This document shows positions 52,274 through 64,000 of a stretch of DNA of 64,000 nt, piece after piece; position 1 is the first letter of the stretch, and each line of letters starts with the position of its first letter. The DNA comes from Mobula hypostoma (taxonomy: Eukaryota). The position numbers were made by a program, and so were the translations under genes. The stretch spans positions 1,736,001 through 1,800,000 of the forward strand of contig NC_086108.1 in NCBI RefSeq assembly GCF_963921235.1, in the 5' to 3' direction. The notes beneath the pieces are model-generated. The model saw nothing but the letters and a program-made list of their open reading frames with translations. It ran no database searches and was not told where the DNA came from.

Positions 52274-52769
52274 TACCTCTTCCTAGAGATGCTGCCTGGC
52301 CTGCTGCGTTCACCAGCAACTTTGATGTGTGTTGCTTGGATTTCCAGCATCTACAGAATTCCTCGTCTTTGCAAACTGAAATGTTAACTTTGTTTCCCTT
52401 CCCACAGATGCTGACAGACCTGCTGAGTGTTTCCAGCACTCTTTGTTTTTTTTTTATCTCAAATATTTAACATTAGCAGTTTTTTTATTTTCAATAACTG
52501 ATGTGGTCACATAGTTTCTCACTGAAACCTGCTATAGTTGTCATGTTTCTTACATAACAACAGCAACTATACTCAAAAAGACTTTCATGGCGGCATAACA
52601 GTTTGTGGCGTTGTGGAAGAGGATAGGAAATGCAGATATTGTGTGATAGCCGAGGTGGATATCTGGAGGCACAGATCAATCAGGATCTCACTTGAGTGAT
52701 AGAACACACTAAAGGGGCTGAATGTCCTCTCAACTAATTTCACCTGTACAGTTAGGAACTGCAATTTGA

Positions 52770-53630
52770 GCTTTGAAGTCTAAACAGGAGTCAGGCAAGG
52801 CTGTGTGATGTCAGTGGTATTGTTTAACCTGGTGATGGACTGGGTTAGGCAAACAACGAAAGACAAGCAGAGAGGCATTAGGTGAATTTTGACTTTGCGG
52901 ATGACCTGGCATTACTATGACATACACGCAGCACCTGGAAGAGAAAACTCAGCACATGTGTACCTCTGCAGGACAGCTTGGACTCAGCTGGAGAATGTCT
53001 GAGACCTTGACCCTCAGTGTAGAGTCTCCTCCTCCTGTCAAGGCACATGGCGTTGTCTTACCCAGCACCGGCAGATTCACCTACCTGGGCAGCATCATTC
53101 AGCAGGAAGGTGGGACTAACGACGACATCCAGTGCAGACTCAAAAGCTAGAAACATCTTCAGATCAACGAGCAGCATATGGGGATTGACTAAATAGCATC
53201 CACACAAAGGTGAAGCCATATCAGAGCTGTGTTCTGTCCACACTCTTGTATGGGTCAGAATGGTGGCTCATGACAGAGAGCGACTTTGCCAAGTTGTCTT
53301 CATTCCTCACCATGATCTCTCAGAAGATCCTCCATATTTTCTGGCCAAGAAAGATCTCCAACTATGCCCTACTCCTTCAGTGTCACCAAGAGGACAATCA
53401 TCATGAAGAAACGTTGGAGATGGATTGGACACATGATGAGAAGAGAGGCCAGCTCCATCATCAAGACCCCTGAAGGGTGGAGGAAACTAGTGACAGCAGA
53501 CAACTTGGCACCATACAGAAATGAAGACCCTGAAACTCAGCTTGGACACGAGAGAAAAGATGGCTAAGGACAAAGATGGAGGGTCTTCATTGCTGTCCCA
53601 AGCACCAGCGGTGTAACGGACAGTAAGCAA
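52770..53630 (+). mobile_element. RTE-clade LINE 3' fragment, degenerate
   Basis: GVRQGCVMS..LFNLV, DFADDLAL, FTYLGS, LLYGSE, RWRWIGH motifs. Confidence 0.8.
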
Positions 53631-53633
53631 ATA

Positions 53634-54401
53634 CAGTAGTGCTAGAAAGTTTGTGAACCGTAGAATTTTCTCTATTTCTGCATAAATATGACTAAAATGT
53701 GATAAGATCTTTTCAGGTCCTAAAACTAGATAAAGAGAACTCAAGGAAATAACACAAAAAACATTATACTAGTTAATTTATTTATTGAGGAAAATTATCC
53801 AGTAACAATGCCTTCTACAAAAGCTATTTGGAGTCAGGTGTTGCATTCAATGAGATGAGATTGGAGGTGTGGGTGTTCAGGTGCCCTGCCCTATAACAAG
53901 ACACAGTCGGGTTACTGAGAGAGCCTGCTCTTCTCAAGAAAGAACTGTATATGTGCACCATGCCTTAATCAAAACAATTTTCAGAGGACCTTAGAAGAAG
54001 AATTGTAGAGATGCACGAAGCTGGAAAAGGCTACTAAAGTATTTCTAAAGACCTGAGTGTTGATCAGTCCACAGGGAGAGAAATTGTCTACAAATGGAGG
54101 AAACTCAGTACCGTTGCTACTCTCCTGACTGGTAATGTTTGGTTGAAGTTATTGCTGTATAATGGGGTCACACCAGTTACTGAAAGCAAAGGTTCACTCA
54201 TTATTTCCAACAAGTAATGTAATATTGGATAATTTTTCTCAATAAATAAATGAACAAGTATAATGTTTTTGTGTTATTTATTTAATTGGGTTGTCTTTAT
54301 CTAGTTTTAAGACCTACGTGAAGAGCTGATCATATTTTAGGCCATATTTATGCAGAAATAGAGAAAATTCCACAGGGTTCACAAACCTCTGAGCACCACT
54401 G
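53634..54401 (+). mobile_element. Internally deleted Tc1-like element
   Basis: TA-flanked TIRs cagtagtgctagaaagtttgtgaacc / ggttcacaaacctctgagcaccactg; transposase N-terminus SEDLRRRIVEMHEAGKGY at ~53960-54035. Confidence 0.85.
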
Positions 54402-54606
54402 TAAGTCCTCCTAACACTGAATTTCAATAGACCAAGGGATTGCTTGAAAGCCAGTTTTTACCACCGAGCACAATTTCAGATGAATAAGGGAATATCACAT
54501 ATGAGAACTTTAAGGCACAGAGGCTTTTCCTATCCTATTCTGGCTCCATTCACAACACTGGAGTCACAATTCGTGGGAGCTCTGCCCACCTCAATCACCA
54601 ACATAC

Positions 54607-54685
54607 CTGGAGTTGCCTGCTGCCCCATTGTCCTCGAAGTCACTGACTGAGCTCGCCGAGGAGAATCTGCTTCGAACATTTTCTG
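54607..54685 (-). CDS. CCDC61: CCDC61 (VFL3) internal coding exon, 79 nt
   Basis: Acceptor tctcttgcag|, donor CCAG|GTATGT. Encodes ENVRSRFSSASSVSDFEDNGAAGNS, resembling human CCDC61 SFRSRCSSASSCSDLED (recalled sequence). Confidence 0.85.
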
Positions 54686-55164
54686 CTGCAAGAGATACAA
54701 CAATGTGAGCAAGATCCCACTGAAGGATAATTTCCATTGTACCGACCCTGAATGCACTATGATCAAGTGTGTGTTGCACAGGGTCCGTGACACCATTCTC
54801 CACAGATTAGATAAACACCCATTGCTACAACTGTCAGATTGCTGATGGCTCTTTGCAGCTCTATGTTGCATTCCAGACTCATTAAATATTTTCTCAGCCT
54901 CAATCAATTCCCTTCGATTCCCTTCTCTCACAAGTGTTAACACCGAACTTCCCTAGCTCTGCCACTCTACTTTGTGGGGTATATCGGAAATTTTGACAGG
55001 TTGAATTGGTTTAAGGCAATAAGACAAAGGAGCAGAATTAGCCCATTTTGGCCTATCAATTCCGTTCTGCCATTCAATCGTAGCTGATTTATGATTCAAC
55101 CCCATTTATTTGTCTTCCCACAAACTTTGATGCCCTTACTAATTAAGAACCTACCAACCTCTGA

Positions 55165-56043
55165 ATGGAACTGAATTGACTTTATTTCTTACATCCTTCA
55201 CATACATGAGGAATAAAAATCTTTGTTAAGTCTCTGTCTAAATGTGCAATGTGCATTCATAGTAATTCATAATAATTTATAACAAGTCAATGTAACATAG
55301 AAATACACTCAAATCAGCGTGAGTTATTCTGTCTGATGGCCTGGTGGAAGAAGCTGTCCCGGAGCTTGCTGGTCCTGGCTTTTATGCTGCGGTACCGTTT
55401 CCTGGTTGGTAGTAGCTGGAACTAATGCATGGTTGGGGTGACTCAGGTCCCCAATGATCCTTCGGGCCCTTTTTACACACCTGTCTTTGTAAACGTCCTG
55501 AATCATGGGAAGTTCACAACTACAGATGCACTGGGCTGTCCGCGCCACCCTCTACAGAATCCTGTGATTAAGGGAGGTACAGTTCCCATACCAGGCAGTG
55601 ATGCAGCCAGTTAGGACGCTCTCAATTGTGCCGCTGTAGAAAGTTCTTAGGATTTGAGGGCCCATACCAAATGCCTTCACTGTCTGAGATGAAATAGTCA
55701 TTGTTGTGCCTTTTTCACCACACAGCTGGTATGTACAGACCACATGAGATCCTCGGTGATGTGGATGCTGAGGAGCTTAAAGCTGTTTACCCTCTCAACC
55801 CCAGATTCATTTATGTCAATAGGGGTTAGCCCGTCTCCATAGCTCCTGTAATCCACAACCAGCTCCTTTGTTTTTGTGACATTGAGGGAGAGGTTGTTTT
55901 CTTGACACCACTGTGTCAGGGAGATGACTTCTTCCCTGTAGGCCACCTCGTTATTGTTTGAGATTAGGCCAATCAATGTACTGTCGTCGGTAAATTTAAT
56001 TAGCAGATTAGAGCTGAGTGAGTGGCGATACAGTCATGGGTAT
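55165..56043 (-). mobile_element. Rex1/Babar LINE 3' portion
   Basis: FTDD..LIGLI...WCQENNLSLNVTKTKELVVD motifs; the element continues briefly after the LTR at 56845. Confidence 0.85.
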
Positions 56044-56844
56044 TATGACAGGGTCCTGAATTACCCCTACGAACTGTGCGTTTGAAAAGAGAGAGAGTTG
56101 TTCAACACTAGACACTTTGTTATTAAGAGAGAGAGGTGAAGACTGCTTGGAGATGGTGTTATGGTTTCTCTGCAGCATGTTTACACTTCTGCAAGGACAC
56201 TGGCAGCTTCCAAGTTCTTACAGAGAGAGAAGGGAGGAGCTACTTGATGGACAGCTGGTGTTCAGCACGGTGAGATAAATAGAAGGTCAGCTGTTAGACC
56301 TACAGACACATGGCTTTGGACACTGAATGAGCTTTGTTGTGCCCCACAGAAAAGGTGGGTTTTGGAGGATCGATCAGTGGCTCTCGCAGTGTGAAACGGG
56401 TTTGACTGGTGGGGAGTTATTTGTGTGTCTGACCCTCGCCTGGGTTGATAATTCCACCACAGAAGAACAGTCCCCTTTGTTGTGGTCACAGTCGGTGACT
56501 TCTAAAGGATTTCAGAGGACAACAGGGAGATCGACGGTGTCAGCTCACCTGAAGACTAAAATCTCTCCCTCTCTCTCTCTCCATCACTACTCAATTAAGT
56601 ACCATGAATTGAACTTTACTCATCATTGTAAGACTACCTACTTACCTCTAGACTTGAAGAAGCTTGGTTTTCATATATTTCCACACTTACTTATATATAA
56701 TCATTGCTAACCTGTTTGATATATCTGCATTTATATTACTGTATTGTGTAGTTACTAATAAATACCATTAATTAATAGCAATACTGGACTCCAAAGTGTT
56801 TTCCATTTCTGCTGGATCTTTAACCCGTCACGGGGCACGTGACA
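56044..56844 (+). mobile_element. Probable solo LTR (~800 bp) inserted in Rex1
   Basis: 4-bp TSD gtat (56040-43, 56845-48); ends ...GTGACA; AATAAA at ~56757; left terminus TA instead of TG. Confidence 0.6.
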
Positions 56845-57437
56845 GTATACAGGGAGTGAAGGATGGCCCAAAGCCATCAAACACTCTCGTACATTAACCC
56901 TTTCATTCCCAGAATTTCATTCAGAAATTGTGTGTTTCCAAGTATGAAGTTCCAGCATGGAGCAAACTCTAATTGAGAAGGCGGCTAGTGGAGTGTTTTA
57001 AATAATTTGCAGATGACAACATGATCAGGGGAGCAGTGGACAGCGAGGAAGGTTATCATGGCTTGCAGTGGGATCTAGACCGGCTAGAAGAATGGGCTAA
57101 AAAATGGCAGATGGAATTTAATGCAGACAAGTGCAAGGTTTTGCACTTAGGTAGGACCAGCCATGGTAGATTTTACACAGTGAACGGTAGGACACTGAGG
57201 AGTGTGGTAGAACAAAGGGATCTGGGATTACAGGCCCATAATTCATTTAAGTTGGTGTCACAGGTAGATAGGATTGTAATGAAAGCTTTTGGCCTTCATA
57301 AGTCAAAGTATAGAGTACAGGAGATGGGATGTTATGTTGAAGTTGTATAAGACATTGGTGAGGCCTAATTTGGAGTACTGTGTGCAGTTTTGGTCACCTA
57401 CCTACAGGAAAGCTGTAAATAAGGTTGAAGGAGTACA

Positions 57438-59330
57438 ACTCTCAATTTATAGACAGTCACCATTTAGATTGGTTACTGATTATTTTTTTTATTTGGGTGT
57501 TAAAATTACTAAGAAGCACAAGGATTTATTCAAAGTTAATTTTTTACCCTTAATGGATCATGTTAAACAATTGTTTACTAAATGGTCCCCACTATCCTTA
57601 TCCTTGATTGGTCGAATTAATGCTATTAAGATAATAATTTTACCTAAATTTATGTATCTATTTCAGGCGGTATCAATTTTTATCCCTAAATGTTTTTTTG
57701 AAATTATTGATCCTAAAATTTCTTCATATATATGGCAGAATAGAAATCCTAGGTTAAGTAAAATATATTTACAGAAATCAAAAAAGGAAGGCGGCTTGGC
57801 TTTGTCGAATCTTAGATTTTATTATTGGGCAATTAATATTCGATATTTAATGTTTTGGACACAAGAGTTGGATGAAACTCAATGTCCACGATGGATGAAC
57901 CTTGAGCGCGAGTCCGTACAGGGATTTTCATTGGCTTCTATTTTAGAGGCTGTGCTTCCCTTTGCACTTACTAAATTGAATAAATAAATGATAAATCCAA
58001 TCATTAAACATACAATACGAATATGGTTTCAATTTCGTAAATTTTTTGGACTGAATAAATTTATCCTATCAAGCTCTATTATATCTAATTTTTTCTTTCA
58101 ACCATCTAGGATTGATCAAGCTTTTCGTTTATGGAAAACAAAGGGGATAGCATGTTTTCCTGATTTATTAATGGATGATTGTTTTATGCCTTTTGAACAG
58201 TTGTCTAATAAGTATAACTTGCCTAGGTCACACTTTTTCAGATATTTACAGATTAGAAACTTCCTGAATGTTATTTTACCTACCTTTCCGATATCACATC
58301 AAATTGAAGTTACAGAAAAAATCTTAAGTTTAAATCCCTATCAGAAGAGTTTAATATCTTTTATTTATGATTTAATTATGAAAATACACTCAGGTACCTC
58401 CGATAAAATTAAGAAGCAGTGGAAAAGGGAACTTCAGATACCTTTATCCAAAGAAATGGGAGAAAATTCTTCAGCTAACTAATACCTCTTCAGTGTGTGC
58501 CAGACATGCTTTAATACAGTTTAAGGTGATTGATAGGGCTCATATGTCCAAGGATAAGTTAGCTCGTTTTCACTCCCATATAAATCCTCTTTGTGATAGA
58601 TGTAAATCCAAGGTAGCTTTCTTGAAACTTATGTTTTGGTCTTGTCCTCTTCTAAAACAATACTGGAAAGATATTTTTGATATTATCTCAGTAGTTCTGC
58701 GTATTGATTTACAACCACATCCTATTACTGCAATTTTAGACTACCAGTGATAGACTCTAGTCATTTATCCTCGTCAGCTTGTCGTCTAATTGCATTTGTT
58801 ACATTAATAGCCAGAAGATCTATTTTACTTAAATGGAAAGATTCCAATCCCCCTACTACATTTCAATGGTTTTCCCAAACGATAGCATGCCTAAACTAGG
58901 AAAAAATTAGGAGCGGTACTATGGATCCTTTGGTTAAATTTGAAGAGACTTGGAGGCCATTTATTCAATATTTTCATATTATGTAAGTTGACCCTTTCCG
59001 AATCTTTTGTAATAATTGTTTGTTAATGTATAGAGTAGCAGAGTTAACGACAAATAATAATTTCAGCCGTTGTAATATGACAGCCCATTCTTCGTTTGTT
59101 GTTTTTTAGTTTAGTTTTCTTTAGTTTAGGGTTTTTTTTCCTCTTTATAAAATATCATTTTCACTGTTGGTTGCTATGAGATTGGGAGGCTAAACGATAT
59201 TTGTCACTTGGAATTTGTGCTTGTACATGTTAACCGTTATTAATATAATCCTGATCTCTTTGTATCATTACTATTATCGTTATGTTTATCAATTTTGAAA
59301 CTTAATAAGAAGATTGAAAAAGAAAAAAAG
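57438..59330 (+). mobile_element. L1-clade LINE, 5'-truncated (post-RT region, degenerate C-terminal zinc knuckle, A-rich tail)
   Basis: YLGVKIT, LSLIGRINAIK..LPKFMYLFQ, GGLAL, CDRC...MFWSCP; AT-rich; A-rich tail at 59305-59330. Confidence 0.87.
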
Positions 59331-59522
59331 ACTACAGAGAAAATGTACAAGGATGTTGCAAAGTCTGGAGGACCTGAGTGAAAAGGAAAGATTGAAACGG
59401 TTAGGACTTGGAATGCAGAAGATTAAGAGATTTGCTAGAGGTATACAAAATAATGAGGGGTATGGATAGGGTAAATGCAAGCAGACTTTTTCCACTGTGG
59501 TTGGGTGTGACTACAACTGGAG

Positions 59523-62500
59523 GTAGAAAAATAGAAAATCTACAGCACAATACAGGCCCTTCGGCCCACAAAGCTGTGCCGAACATGTCCCTACCTTAGA
59601 ACGACCTAGGCTTTACCCATAGCCCTCTATTCTTCTAAGCTCGATGTAGCCATCCTGGAGTCTCTTAAAAGACCCTATCGTTTCCACCCCCACCACCGCC
59701 AGCCCATTCCACGCACTCACCACTCTCTGTATAATAAACTTACCCCTGACATCTCCTCTGTACCTACTTCCAAGCACCTTAAAACTATGCCCTCTTATGC
59801 TAGCCATTTCAGCCCTGGGGAAAAGCCTCTGACCATCCACACGATCAATGCCTCTCATCATCTTATACACCTCTATCAGGTCACCTCTCATCCTCCAGCG
59901 CTCCAAGAAAAGGCCGCGTTCACTCAATCTATTCTCATAAGGCATGCTCCTCAATCCAGGCAACATCCTTGTAAATCTCCTCTGCACCCTTTCTATGGTT
60001 TCCACAACCTTCCTGTAGTGAGGCGACCAGAACTAAGCACAGTACTCCAAGTGGGGTCTGACCAGGGTCCTCTATAGCTGCAACATTACTCTCGGCTCTT
60101 AAAACTCAATCCCACCATTGATGAAAGCCAATGCTCCATATGCCTTCTTAACCACAGAGTCAACCTGCACAGCAGCTTTGAGTGTCCTATGGACTCGGAC
60201 CCTAAGATCCCTCTGATCCTCCACACTGCCAAGAGTCTTACCATTAATGCTATATTCTGCTATCATATTTGATCTTCCAAAATGAACTACCTCACACCTA
60301 TCTGGGTTGAACTCCACCTGCCACTTCTCAACCCAGTTTTGCATCCTATCAATGTAACGCAGTAACCTCTGACAGCACTCCACACTATCCACAACACACC
60401 CAATCTCTGTGACATCAGCAAATTTATTAACTCATCCCTCCACTTCCTCATCCAGGTCATTTAAAAAATCACAAAGAGTACGGGTCCCAGAACAGATCCC
60501 TGAGACACACCTCTGGTCACCGACCTTCATGCAGAATATGACCTGTCTACAACCACTCTTTGCCTTCTGTAGGCAAGCCAGTTCCGGATCCACAAAGCAA
60601 TGTCTCCTAGGACAGGGGTCCCCAACCTTTTTTGCACTGCGGACCGGTTTAATATTGACAATATTCTTGCTGACCGGCCGACCGGGGGGGTAGGGTTGCC
60701 AACGAACAAGAGTAGCAGTCAAATGCGTTGTTTACCCAAAAGACTACAACGACCATGAAGCCTTGCGCGGGCACCAATGTGCATGCGCGTCGTGACCTGC
60801 CGATTCCTCCCCCGCCCCCCCCCCAAGCAAATCCTTTTTGGCGATTCTGTTCGTGGGGGTGGGTGTTAATCACTACCCGAATATAGGTGATAAGTGGGTA
60901 ACACACTCAATTTTGTTTCTAAAAGGGTTTATCTAACGAATTTAATATTAAACACACAGCGCATATTTTCCTCGCATGGATATAATGATAAGTCAATTAT
61001 CAGGGGAGCTTGAAGTGTTGAACGAACTTCCAGTAGAAGTGGCAGAAGCAGGTTCGATATGATCATTTAAAGAAAAATTGGATAGGTATATAGACAGGAA
61101 AGGAATGGAAGGTTATGGGTTGAGTGCAAGTCGGTGGGACTAGGTGAGAGTAGCGTTCGGCACGGACTAGAAGGGGAGAGATGGCCTCTTTCTGTGCTGT
61201 AATTGTTATATGGTTATATAGGTCACTTATAAGTCAATAGCATCATAACATTTTAAGTAATATTTGGATATTAAACGCACAGCACATATTTTCCCCATAT
61301 GAATATATAAAATCATTGCAACACACCAATATCGCTGAATCAGTGGGAGCCCTGGGCTTGTTTCCCTGCAACAACACGGTCCTATCGAGGGGTGATGGGA
61401 GACATCGATACTCGAAGGGGGTTCCTGATGTCCAGTCTATTCCGCAATTTAGTTTTCGTTGCATTCATTGCAGAAAACTCCGCTTCACAGAAAAATGTTG
61501 GAAATGAAAGCAACGTTTTCACTGCTTTCGTGGCTTTCTCAGGATATTTAGCCTTGACTTTGATCCAAAATGCTGACAGAGATGTTATGTCAAACATACT
61601 TTTCAGCCCGTCGTCATTTGCAAGCTCGAGGAGTTGATGGCCTTCCCGCCCTGACTCGGATGACGCACAGTCATGACCTCGCATGCGTAATGGCTGATCA
61701 GTGGCTGTGACAGGGAATGAGGAAAGGTGCAGCTGACCAAATCATATCGCTTCCTCACGGCCCAGTAGCGCATGCTCTGCGGCCCGGTGGTTTGGGACCA
61801 CTGCCCTAGGATCCCATGTGTCCTTACTTTCTCAATAAGCCTTGTATGGGGTACCTTATCAAATGCCTTGCTAAAATCCATATACACTACATCTACGGCT
61901 ATACCTTCATCAATGTGGTTAGTCACATCCTCAAAAAATTCAATCTGCCTTTGACAAAGCTATGCTGACTATTCCTAATCATATTATGCCTCTCCAAATG
62001 TTCATAAATCCTGCCTCTCAGGATTTTCTCCATTAACTTACCAACCACTGAAGTAAGACTCACTGGTTATAATTTCCTGGGCTATCCTTACTCCCTTTCT
62101 TGAATAAGGGAACAACATCCGCAACCCTCCAATCCTCCGGAACCTATCCCATCCTCATTGATGATGCAAAGATCATCGCCAGAGGCTCAGCAATCTCCTC
62201 CCTCGCTTCCCACAGTAGCCTGGGGTACATCCCGTCTGGTCCCGGTGATTTATCCAACATGATGTTTTCCAAAAGCTCCAGCACATCCTTTTCCTTAATA
62301 TCTACATGCTCAAGCTTTTCAGCCCTCTATAAGTCATCCCTACAATCGCCAAGATTCTCCTCCGTAGTGAATACTGAAGCAAAGTATTCATTAAGTACTT
62401 CCGCTATCTCCTCCGGTTCCATACACACATTTCCACTGTCACACTTGATTGGTCCTATTCTCTCACGTCTTATCCTCTTGCTCTTAACATACTTGTAGAA

Positions 62501-63355
62501 TGCCTTGGGGTTTTCCTTAATCCTGTCCGTCAAGGCCTTCTCATGACCCCTTCTGGCTCTCCTTATTTCATTCTTAAGCTCTTTCCTGCTAGCCTTATAA
62601 TCTTCTAGGTTCCTATCACTACCTAGATTTTTGAACCTTTCGTAAACTCTTCTTTTCTTCTTGACTAGATTTACAACAGCCTTTGTACACACCGATCTTG
62701 TACCCTACCAACCTTTCTATGTCTCATTGGAACGTACCTATGCAGAACCCCACGTAAATATCCCCTGAACATTTGCCACATTTCTTCCGTAAGTTTCCCT
62801 GAGAACATCTGTTTCCAATTTATGCTTCCAAGTTCCTGCCTGATAGCCTCATATTTCCCCTTACTCCAATTAAACGTTTCCCTAACTTGTCTGTTCCTAT
62901 CCCTCTCCAATGCTGTGGTAATGGAGATGGAATTGTGATCACTATCTCCAAAATGCTCTCCAACTGAGAAACCTGACACCTGACCATGTTTTTCCAATAT
63001 CAGATCAAGTACAGCCTCTCCTCTTGTAGACTTATCTACATATTGTGTCAAGAAACTTTCCTGAACACATCTAACAAACTCCAGCCCATCTAAACCCCTC
63101 ACTCTAGGGAGATGCCAATCAATATTTGGGAAATTAAAATCTGCCACCACAACAACCCTGTTATTATTACTCCTTTCCAGAATCTGTCTCCCTATCTGCT
63201 CCTCGATGTCCCTGTTACTATGCAGTGGTCTATAAAAACACCCAGTAGAGTTATTAACCCCTTCCTATTCCTAACTTCCCCACAGAGACTCCGTAGACAA
63301 CCCCTCCATGACTTTCTCCTTTTCTGCAGCCGAGACACTATCTCTGATCAACAGT
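59523..63355 (-). mobile_element. 5'-truncated CR1 interrupted by a hAT element
   Basis: EN/RT ORFs 59613-63150; tail at 59523. Confidence 0.9.
60613..61803 (-). mobile_element. Non-autonomous hAT-Charlie transposon with transposase C-terminal remnant; contains a CR1 3' fragment (~61005-61220)
   Basis: TIRs caggggtccccaacc / ggtttgggaccactg; 8-bp TSD tcctagga / ccctagga; FWIKVK..YP...CEAEFSAM..TKTKLRNRL dimerisation domain. Confidence 0.9.
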
Positions 63356-63849
63356 GGTCATGGGTTAAACATGAAAGGTGAAAAGTTTAAGGGGAACATG
63401 AGGGGAAACTTTTCCACTCAGAGGGTGGTGAGTATGTGGACCGAACTACCAGCACAAATGGTGCATGTGAGCTCAATTTCAACGTTTAAGACAAGTATGG
63501 ATAGTAGGGATATGGAGGACTTTGTTCCCAGTGCAGATTAATGGGAGCAGGGAGTTTAAATGGTTTCAGCATCGACTAAATAGGCTGCTTCTGTGCCGTA
63601 CTTTTCTATGAGTCTAAGGTTTCTCAGGAGAGATGTGTTTAACATCTGTTTGCACCTTAAATCTGCAGTCGTAAATTCCTGTACCCCAAATGTATCTTCT
63701 TGCCCTTGCATAAGGTGTTTAACATTTTATTCTCATTGTCTTCTTGATTAATTTGAGGCCATCTGTTCACGTATTAAAATTAATACCCAAGGATTGCATC
63801 AGAGGGGAGTTGGGCAAAAAAGACTCCTCCCACCCCCCCCACTGCACTT

Positions 63850-64000
63850 GAAGACCATGAGACCATAAGACATAGGAGCAGAATGAGACCATTCAGCTCA
63901 TCGAATCTGCAATGTCATTCCATCATGGCTGATCCCGGATCCCACTCAACCCCATACACCTGCCTTCTCGCCATATCCTTTGATGCCCTGGCCTATTAGG
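63850..64000 (-). mobile_element. CR1 3' end running off the window
   Basis: gaccataagacatagg tail and 3'UTR similar to 20775-20930. Confidence 0.7.

Larger units (their letters stand above)
51551..52345. mobile_element. Penelope-like element with inverted terminal duplication (- 51551-52062; + 52075-52345)
   Basis: HLIFRLGSLQPDGMNIDFSNF (GIY-YIG C-terminus) on the - strand at ~52000-52062; ~260-bp inverted arms; (TAAA)n at 51904-51963. Confidence 0.8.
57005..63612 (+). mobile_element. Old CR1 3' portion in three pieces (57005-57437, 59330-59524, 63356-63612) hosting L1 and CR1 insertions
   Basis: RT peptide is continuous across both insertions (KVEGVQ|RK; GVTTTGG|HGLNMKGEKFKG). Confidence 0.75.

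Noticed and set aside
54530..54943. 137-aa ORF as a stand-alone gene (also considered VASP by synteny)
   Set aside because: Only the 79-nt splice-bounded segment, in another frame, has homology, and that is to CCDC61.

Overview
Vertebrate nuclear DNA, most likely from a cartilaginous fish (inferred from the repeat content: abundant CR1, Rex1/Babar, Penelope-like and Tc1 elements). Most of the window is transposable elements, often nested. Two host genes lie tail-to-tail. OPA3 is complete on the + strand (2 coding exons, 28712-28853 and 34185-34513, 156 aa, compact CRE/ETS promoter). The last four coding exons of CCDC61 are on the - strand (54685-54607, 50868-50814, 48248-48179, 42140-42046); the ORF track does not call them. 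The first ~28.6 kb is almost entirely TE: a decayed PNMA-type Gypsy element split by a minisatellite and three nested CR1 LINEs, a double-tailed inverted CR1, and a full-length CR1 inside a second minisatellite. The most notable observations are: (i) an inverted pair of Penelope-like termini, each carrying an intact minimal type-I hammerhead ribozyme core; (ii) three tandem arrays that each appear to be amplified from the coding sequence of the TE they adjoin; (iii) a CR1 with twin-priming geometry and two 3' tails; (iv) a shared NRF1-like motif in two divergent CR1 5'UTRs. No prokaryotic-type system (CRISPR etc.) is supported. TE boundaries were estimated by eye and are approximate unless a TSD or TIR is quoted.
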